Origin: a virus
Taxonomy: Duplodnaviria; Caudoviricetes
IMG/VR virus record: IMGVR_UViG_3300032290_001086
Length of the DNA: 64,000 bases
Direction: 5' to 3' (one strand)
Part shown: one piece after another, positions 56,900 through 64,000 of the stretch
Numbering within the stretch: position 1 is the first letter of the stretch
Layout of the letters: the number at the start of each line of letters is the position of its first letter
Notes under the pieces: model-generated
What the model was told of the DNA's origin: nothing
The model's input: the letters and a program-made list of their open reading frames with translations, nothing else
Databases searched by the model: none
Translations under genes and position numbers: made by a program

Positions 56900-57451
56900 A
56901 TGGCTACTAGAAGAGATTTTACAATTAGTTATGGTCTTCAGGCTGATCAGTCTGGGGTTGGAACCAATACTTTATATGTTGATTATGTGAATGATAAGGT
57001 TGGTGTTTCAACTACAAGTCCATCACATAAATTAACTGTTAGTGGAGATCTTGGAGTCGGTGCTGTAGCAAATATCAGCACCAACCACATGTTGGATATT
57101 GCGAGCACTAAGGGAAGTGCAACCCAATCTGCAATTAGAGCATTATATCCTTTAGGTGGTAGTCTGACTAATACTGAATTTGCAGCATTAGCACACCGAA
57201 GTGGAGCATGGAGAGCACTATTTGTAAACCAAGGTAATGCTGCACATGGTCTGTATGTAACTGCAGCAAATAATTATATAAGTGGAAATTTAGGACTAAA
57301 TGGAGCTGCCCCAAATTATCTACTTGATGTTAATGGTGATGCTAGAATTACTTCTACAAACAGATTAAGGTTTGGAGGAACTTCTACTTCTTCTAATTAT
57401 TTTATTCAGTACAACTCAACTGCAAATAGTTTGGATTTTGTAGCAGGTTAA
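56900..57451 (+). CDS. Tail-fibre-related protein
   Basis: VGVSTTSPSHKLTVSG repeat. Confidence 0.65.
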   Translation: MATRRDFTISYGLQADQSGVGTNTLYVDYVNDKVGVSTTSPSHKLTVSGDLGVGAVANISTNHMLDIASTKGSATQSAIRALYPLGGSLTNTEFAALAHRSGAWRALFVNQGNAAHGLYVTAANNYISGNLGLNGAAPNYLLDVNGDARITSTNRLRFGGTSTSSNYFIQYNSTANSLDFVAG

Positions 57452-57455
57452 TATT

Positions 57456-58958
57456 ATGGGTGTTGTAGGAAGATTGGATCAATATGCATCAATGCTTGTA
57501 ACAGAGTTTGATGAATATTCTATGGCTGAGAATTTAGTATTACAGACTTCTGAAATTGGTAACAACTCTGGCACATATCTTAATGGGGGAATTGTAGGAT
57601 TAAATACAACTGCAACTACTTCCCCAAATGGTTTAAATGAAGCAACACTTGTAGATAATAATGGAAATGTAAATCAATATGTCTACTCTCAACAAACTGC
57701 ATTAACAACAAATACAACATACACTTATAGTATTCATATTAAACAAGGAACAAAACCAGATTTTCAAGTCACAATAGATGAAAATAGTTTTGGTGGAAAA
57801 AGATATTATGTAGGATTTACATATTCAAATGAAACTGTAACATCGGGTATAACTGGTGGTGCTAATGATGGTGTAGTTGTAGGTTCTACTGCGACTAAAC
57901 TGACAAATGGTTGGTATAGGTTATCTTTAACATTTACTACAAGCACCAATACAGTAAGTACTTTTGTTGATATGATTAATAGATTTGGTAATACTCCTGG
58001 TTCAAATTATGTTTGGGGAAGGCAACTTGAAAAAGGAAGTGTTGCAACAGATTACACACCAACAACAAGCACAGCAATTAGTAGAGTTTTACCAGCAACA
58101 ACAAACACAAATATCACAAATCTTGGAACATATTATGCTTCTGGATTTGATGAGAATGTTGGTTTTACTACTTTCCTTTCTGCAAATGTCTTTGCTCCTT
58201 ATGATCCTGTGTATGATGAGTTTGGTGGAACTCTATTTGGTCCTGGACAAGGAAGATATATGAGACAAAATACTGATAAGTCAGTGATTGTTTATAATGA
58301 GATTGATGAAATTACTGACTTTAGAAATATTGTAAGAACTGGATTGGTTCTAGATTTAGATGCAGGAATGAATTCTTCTTTCAATAATACTGGAACTACT
58401 TGGAATGATTTAAGTGGTAATGGAAAAAATGCAACAGCACAAAATGGAGTTGGGTATATTACATCGAATGGTAGCGGATTAACTTTTGATGGAACTGACG
58501 ACCATTTTATTATTTCTCAAAGAGAAACATCATCTCAATTTACATATGAAGCATTTTTAATGCCAACAAATGTATCAAAAGACCAAATGTATGCAGGAAC
58601 GACTTCTGATGGGTTTTATTTAAGAATAACAGGTTCAAAAGCATTTTTGTCGATAAGTGCTGGTAGTCAAAGAACTTTAACGCACGATACGACACTACAA
58701 AATAATCAAGTTTATCATATTGTTTCTATCTACAATGGAGTTCAATTAAAAATATATGTAAATAATGTTTTAACTTCAGGAACTGTTATAAATGCAACAA
58801 TGTCTGCTTGGGGTGTAGATAGGATAGGTAGATGGAGAGATGTGGACCAAAGAAGTTTTGTTGGAAACATTTATTGTTTGAGAGCATATAACAGAGAACT
58901 TTCAGAATCAGAAATCTTACAAAATTATAATGCTCTCAAACATAGATTCGGTCTTTGA
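57456..58958 (+). CDS. Carbohydrate-binding / LamG (ConA-like) virion protein
   Basis: NGWYR..WGRQLEKGSVATDYTPT; GLVLDLDAG..WNDLSGNG..YNRELS..QNYNA. Confidence 0.8.
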   Translation: MGVVGRLDQYASMLVTEFDEYSMAENLVLQTSEIGNNSGTYLNGGIVGLNTTATTSPNGLNEATLVDNNGNVNQYVYSQQTALTTNTTYTYSIHIKQGTKPDFQVTIDENSFGGKRYYVGFTYSNETVTSGITGGANDGVVVGSTATKLTNGWYRLSLTFTTSTNTVSTFVDMINRFGNTPGSNYVWGRQLEKGSVATDYTPTTSTAISRVLPATTNTNITNLGTYYASGFDENVGFTTFLSANVFAPYDPVYDEFGGTLFGPGQGRYMRQNTDKSVIVYNEIDEITDFRNIVRTGLVLDLDAGMNSSFNNTGTTWNDLSGNGKNATAQNGVGYITSNGSGLTFDGTDDHFIISQRETSSQFTYEAFLMPTNVSKDQMYAGTTSDGFYLRITGSKAFLSISAGSQRTLTHDTTLQNNQVYHIVSIYNGVQLKIYVNNVLTSGTVINATMSAWGVDRIGRWRDVDQRSFVGNIYCLRAYNRELSESEILQNYNALKHRFGL

Positions 58959-59022
58959 TACCAATAAATAATATAAAGTAATCATATTGTAATGAAGTTC
59001 AATCTTTCACTAGAATTTTAAG

Positions 59023-62000
59023 ATGGCACAGTTAAAAAACGGAACCAGAGTATATGGCAATGCTACAGTTGATAATAATTTAACTGTAACTAGTGGTAAT
59101 ATTGGTGTTGGTACTGCAGCTGCACAAACAAGACTTCATGCATATGTATCAACTTCAGATACTGTTGCAGGTAGAATAACACCCTTAGATGTTTTAACAA
59201 TTGAATCAGAAAATACTGGTGCTATAGAATTTGCTGGATTTGGTCAAGGATTGGTTTTTAGAGGATCAACTTATAGCAATAATACACAACGAACTCTTGG
59301 TAGAATTTTACATCAAATTAATGATGACTCTATTAATACTACACGAGGTACTTCATTAGCTTTTCAGACTTTAGATACTGCAGGATCTACAAGTGATCCG
59401 ACTACAAAATTATTGATTGATTGGGCTGGAAATACAATAGTTGTTGGAGATTTAACAGTATCTGGGGGGGATATTACTACTGCAGCTGCAATTAATTCAA
59501 CTCTATTCAGTAATACCACAACTGGAACTATTGGAATTGGTGGAGCATTAACTACAGGTACATTAACATTAGGTTCCGCTAATGGTTCTGGAACAATTGC
59601 AATTGGTAATACTGGAACTGCAGCGGCACAAGCTGTAAACATTGCAACTGCAACCACTGGAACTATTACAATTGGTGGTACTGGTGCCAATGCAGTTCAA
59701 TTACCAACAGGTAAAACAAAAGTTGGACAAACATTCTTAATACAAGGTGGTGCAGTAAATATTACTTTACCAACTGCAGCAGGAACTCTTGCAACTTTAG
59801 CAGATATAACCGCAGCAACTGGATTATCTGCGTCAACATCTTCTACTCAATCTGGATACTTTGGAGATATTTTCTTATTTGATGATTCTACTCCATCTCA
59901 TTATTTACAAATAACAAACAGTGCCAATTTAACTGCTGCTAGAAGTTTAAGTGTAAATGTAAATGATGCCAACAGAACAGTATCATTAAGTGGAGATTTA
60001 ACTTTAGCAAATAGTTTAACAACTTCTGGCAACTTTGCTCTAACATTAACAACTACTGCTGCTACTAACGTTACATTACCTACTTCAGGTACTCTTGCAG
60101 TTTTAGGTGCTAATACATTTACTGATCAACAACTTATTGAATTTGCTACATCTGCAACGGGTGGGCATTTATATGCAAGAGGTTCTTCTGGAGCAGTTCA
60201 GCGAGAAGGTAAGATAAGACTCGGAGGAACTTTCCATACAAGTGCTGATACTGGAACTAGGTTAATTGCATCTCTTCGTGCTGGATTTTCTGCCAGTGCT
60301 TGGGGAAATGAATATCTTGATTTCTATTTAAATAATGCTACTAATGATACTGCATCTGATGCAAACCAAGGCAGGGTAATGAGACTTGCTTATGGTGGTA
60401 ATGTTCTTATAGGTTCAGCAACAGCAACAGGAACAGCATCACAACCACTTCAGGTTACTGGAGGTGCTTATATTTCTGGTAATCTTGGAGTTGGTGTTAC
60501 TAATCCATCTACAAAATTAGATGTTGCTGGAGTAGGTCAGTTTGTAAACACAAATAACCAAATACTTTTACATACAGGTACTAATGTTCCTACAGTAATT
60601 TTAAGAAACGATGGTAGTGATTACTATCATCTATTAAGTGCTGCAGGAACAACTCCTTCTGGAACTTGGAACACTTTAAGACCCCTCACAATTAATTTGG
60701 TAAATGGGGCAGTTTCTGTTGCGAATACTTCTTCAAACGTATTTACTGTAACATCACAAATAGCTTCTTCTACAGCTTGGGTTTTGAAAGGAATTACAAC
60801 TGGAATTGCAAATGATAGTGGTCTTTACCAAGATGCATCAAACAATATGCAACTTGCTGCAAGAGATGGTTCTGGAACATTGAGATTAGTTTTAGATTCA
60901 AATAACACTTCAGGTTCTTATTTAAACACAACTGCTGGATTTGCAATTGGAAGCAATTCAACAACTCCTGGATATACTACATTAGCAACTAATCTTAGAT
61001 TAGGTGTTAGCACAAAGACAGGAACTTATTCAAACTCTGCTGGTGGAACAGTTATTACTATAACTTGCACTAACCATGGACTGACAACTGGAGATTCAGT
61101 TTATATTGATTATACTTCTGGAACTGCAGGGGATTCATATTACAACCAAGTAACAGTAACAAACTCAAGTACATTCACTGTAACTGGCGGTGTTATTGCT
61201 GCAGCCAACTCTGCTCAATCTTGCACTATTTACCCAGAAACACAAATTAGATTCCCTGGGGCATTTGGAGATGGTGGTAATACTTTTGATCACACAGTAA
61301 TTTCTGAAAGAATTTATGGTGCTGGTGATGATTCTGAATTACTTATATACAAAGGTAATGATGGTGGAACATCTATTCAAGACAATATAAGACTTGCTGC
61401 TACCGGCGATATTTATTTTCATAGCGGTACTGGAACGGGTGTGTATAGTGGTTATATTAATTCCTTTGGAAATTCTTTAGCATCTTCTACAGTTTCCATT
61501 CTTGCTTCTGGTAACGTTGGAGTTGGTACAGTTAATCCAGGTGCAAAACTTGAAGTTTTTGGTACGTCAAGATTTGGCGGAACTACAAGTGCTGGAAGAA
61601 GGGCAGATATAGCAACTGATGGTATTTTAACTCTTGCGTATGGAAATAATACAAATACTTCTAACTTAATTCTTCAAAATATTTCTGATGTTACTTCTAC
61701 AACAAATCATGGAAATAGTATTTTATGGCAATTTGGAACTAATACTACAACAACTGCAATTAGTGCGGGAAGAATTAATATTCTTAAAGAACAACAGTGG
61801 ACTACTACTGCTTCTACACAAGATTCATATTTTTCAGTTGACCTTGCAGTTGATGGAACTTTAACTGAAAAATTAAAAGTTACTTCTGCTGGTAATCTTA
61901 CAGCTGGCGGAAGCGTCACTGCAAGTAATGATGTAAGCCTTGGAGGAGAACTTAATTTTTCTAATGCAACCAATAAATATATTGATTTTTATACTACAGA

Positions 62001-64000
62001 TGATGTAACTAATTACACTGCACATTTAAGACTTGTTAATAATACCTCAAGTTCATTCCATCTCGGAATGACTATGACAAGAGGTGGTGCAGTTACATTA
62101 TATCATAATAATAGTGCTAAACTTGCAACCTCTGCTGATGGAGCTTCGGTAACTGGAAACTTAACTGTATCTGGAGGAGGTATCACTACTGGGGCCGCAG
62201 TTGCTAGTAATTTATTTGGTACTACTACAACGGCAGCCATTGAAATTGGCGGAGCACTAACCACAGGAGCTATAAGAATAGGTTCTACTACTGGCTCAGG
62301 AGCAATTAATATTGGTAATACAGGTACTGCAGCAGCACAAGCAGTTAATATTGCAACTGCAACTACTGGTACTATTACAATTGGTGGTGCTACTTCACTA
62401 GTAAATATTGCAACTGGTTCTGCAACGGGAACTGTACAAATTGGAACTACCACTGCAGCAGCACAACAAATTATTATTGGATCTGGAACTACGAGTACTA
62501 TATCTATTGGTGGTACTGGTTCTCCAGTAAATATCGCAACTGGTGCTTCGACGGGAGCCATACAGATCGGAAGTACCACAGCATCTGCTCAGAACATTAC
62601 AATTGGTGGAACTACAACGGGAACTATTAATATAGGCTCAGTATCTGGTGCGAACACTATCAACGTAGGAAGTACAAGTTCCACTGCAGTTAATCTACCA
62701 ACAGGTAAAACAAAAGTTGGTCAGACATTCCTACTGCAAGGTGGTGCTGTAAATATCACGCTACCTACTGCTGCTGGTACTTTAGTTGGTTCTGGAGATA
62801 CTACTTTACCGTCATCTATTACAGCTTCTTCACTGACTTCTGTAGGAACTTTAACTGGATTAACTGTAACTGGTACTGGAACTAATGCTATTTCATTAAC
62901 TACAGGAACAACTGGCGTATTAACTCTAGATTCTGGTTCAACTGGAGGTATTAACATTGGCACTAATACCAACGCTAAAACTATTACTATTGGTAACGCT
63001 ACTGGTGCTACGTCAGTGGTCTTAAATTGTGGTACTGGCGCTTTAAACATCGGTTCTAATGCAATTGCTAGAACCATAACAGTTGGAAACTCCACTGGTG
63101 CATCTACTCTTGCCCTAAATGCTGGTACTGGTTTTATTAGATTTAATACACATATTGCAGATTCAAATGGTAATGAATTAATTAAGTTCCCTACTGCAGT
63201 TGCAAGTGCTGTTAATGAAATTACTATATCAAATGCGCCGACTGGCATTGATCCTACTATTGAAGCTTCAGGATCAGATACCGATGTCAGTTTAGGTATT
63301 TATCCCAAGGGGACAGGGTATCTTTATTTGGGGAAAAACTCTGTAGGATCACCTTTACTAACAGTAACTCAAACCCAGTTTCAATCGGTTGCCTCTACAA
63401 ATCTATTTCAGGGGTCTGTTGACGTAAATGGCACTCTAAGTGTAGCAAACCCATCTGCAACGCAGTCAAGAATTAATCATCTTAATAATGTAGATACAAT
63501 CGTAATTGATAACGGAAATAATACTTATAACTACAAAATTGCCCCAAATGGGAGTTCCACAGATAGTTATTTTGCAGTTACAGGAATTCCTGGAACACTA
63601 TCTCCCTCTATAGCCACAGTTGTTGTTGGATCTACATTTAATCCCACAAATATTAGATCCACAGAAAATTATATTAACAATCCAGTTGTAATAGGAAGAA
63701 CTGATCTAGCTTTAACTGGACCAGTTACGGCATTTAACACAACTCCTACAGTCGCAGGACTTGGATATAGAGATGGCGTAAACACATTTTTAACAACATC
63801 TGCTGAGAGTGGTTTTCTAGCTAGAGTTACTTTACTAGTTGGAGGAGGAATTATAAGATCTGTAGTATCAACCCCACTTAGAGAAGGTGCCGCATATCGT
63901 GAATCTGAAGTACTATCAGTTAATACTCCAGAATCAATTGTTGGTATAACTAGTGCCACTGGAAGTGGATCAAATGCGACTGTTAATTTCTTACGAGTCA
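59023..64000 (+). CDS. Long tail fibre protein, runs off the window end (absent from the ORF track)
   Basis: MAQLKNGTRVYG..GNIGVGT.. repeats; frame open at every point spot-checked up to 64000; ATAAATA upstream. Confidence 0.8.
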   Translation, partial: MAQLKNGTRVYGNATVDNNLTVTSGNIGVGTAAAQTRLHAYVSTSDTVAGRITPLDVLTIESENTGAIEFAGFGQGLVFRGSTYSNNTQRTLGRILHQINDDSINTTRGTSLAFQTLDTAGSTSDPTTKLLIDWAGNTIVVGDLTVSGGDITTAAAINSTLFSNTTTGTIGIGGALTTGTLTLGSANGSGTIAIGNTGTAAAQAVNIATATTGTITIGGTGANAVQLPTGKTKVGQTFLIQGGAVNITLPTAAGTLATLADITAATGLSASTSSTQSGYFGDIFLFDDSTPSHYLQITNSANLTAARSLSVNVNDANRTVSLSGDLTLANSLTTSGNFALTLTTTAATNVTLPTSGTLAVLGANTFTDQQLIEFATSATGGHLYARGSSGAVQREGKIRLGGTFHTSADTGTRLIASLRAGFSASAWGNEYLDFYLNNATNDTASDANQGRVMRLAYGGNVLIGSATATGTASQPLQVTGGAYISGNLGVGVTNPSTKLDVAGVGQFVNTNNQILLHTGTNVPTVILRNDGSDYYHLLSAAGTTPSGTWNTLRPLTINLVNGAVSVANTSSNVFTVTSQIASSTAWVLKGITTGIANDSGLYQDASNNMQLAARDGSGTLRLVLDSNNTSGSYLNTTAGFAIGSNSTTPGYTTLATNLRLGVSTKTGTYSNSAGGTVITITCTNHGLTTGDSVYIDYTSGTAGDSYYNQVTVTNSSTFTVTGGVIAAANSAQSCTIYPETQIRFPGAFGDGGNTFDHTVISERIYGAGDDSELLIYKGNDGGTSIQDNIRLAATGDIYFHSGTGTGVYSGYINSFGNSLASSTVSILASGNVGVGTVNPGAKLEVFGTSRFGGTTSAGRRADIATDGILTLAYGNNTNTSNLILQNISDVTSTTNHGNSILWQFGTNTTTTAISAGRINILKEQQWTTTASTQDSYFSVDLAVDGTLTEKLKVTSAGNLTAGGSVTASNDVSLGGELNFSNATNKYIDFYTTDDVTNYTAHLRLVNNTSSSFHLGMTMTRGGAVTLYHNNSAKLATSADGASVTGNLTVSGGGITTGAAVASNLFGTTTTAAIEIGGALTTGAIRIGSTTGSGAINIGNTGTAAAQAVNIATATTGTITIGGATSLVNIATGSATGTVQIGTTTAAAQQIIIGSGTTSTISIGGTGSPVNIATGASTGAIQIGSTTASAQNITIGGTTTGTINIGSVSGANTINVGSTSSTAVNLPTGKTKVGQTFLLQGGAVNITLPTAAGTLVGSGDTTLPSSITASSLTSVGTLTGLTVTGTGTNAISLTTGTTGVLTLDSGSTGGINIGTNTNAKTITIGNATGATSVVLNCGTGALNIGSNAIARTITVGNSTGASTLALNAGTGFIRFNTHIADSNGNELIKFPTAVASAVNEITISNAPTGIDPTIEASGSDTDVSLGIYPKGTGYLYLGKNSVGSPLLTVTQTQFQSVASTNLFQGSVDVNGTLSVANPSATQSRINHLNNVDTIVIDNGNNTYNYKIAPNGSSTDSYFAVTGIPGTLSPSIATVVVGSTFNPTNIRSTENYINNPVVIGRTDLALTGPVTAFNTTPTVAGLGYRDGVNTFLTTSAESGFLARVTLLVGGGIIRSVVSTPLREGAAYRESEVLSVNTPESIVGITSATGSGSNATVNFLRV

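Noticed and set aside
59023-64000. Diversity-generating retroelement or invertible tail-fibre cassette
   Set aside because: No reverse transcriptase or invertase in the window; repeat differences are synonymous rather than adenine-specific
1-64000. Stop-codon reassignment
   Set aside because: TAA, TAG and TGA all terminate conserved genes at expected lengths; no suppressor tRNA (the Ser tRNA anticodon TGA reads UCA)

Overview
This AT-rich (roughly 35% GC by eye) 64 kb window comes from a T4-like cyanomyovirus (Kyanoviridae-like), probably infecting a freshwater Synechococcus/Cyanobium-type host. The left part (1-23.2 kb) holds early/middle genes: the nrdB end, lytic enzymes, a tRNA cluster interleaved with tRNA-like and structured non-coding RNAs, a manA-like pseudoknot array, an SLH porin-like gene, two hli genes, petF, psbA split by a group I intron carrying a LAGLIDADG endonuclease, an HNH gene overlapping an 8/4-type tRNA-Ser, nrdC, rnh, thyX, a denV-like gene, phoH, and gp33/59/32. 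The right part (23.2-64 kb) holds late structural genes: gp53, 48, 4, 2, 54-like, 26/51, two paralogous tape-measure/hub-like proteins with peptidoglycan hydrolase domains, gp27-like, CP12, gp5, speD, a 5011-aa virion protein and tail-fibre genes. The most notable observations are: (1) near-total loss of GATC confined to the 22.5 kb early/middle block; (2) an island of unnamed structured RNAs and anticodon-scrambled tRNA mimics inside the tRNA cluster, plus a four-unit pseudoknot array; (3) a probable -1 frameshift joining gp26 and gp51; (4) a promoter-driven small RNA complementary to the host Yfr1 seed. All calls were made by eye; no database search was run.
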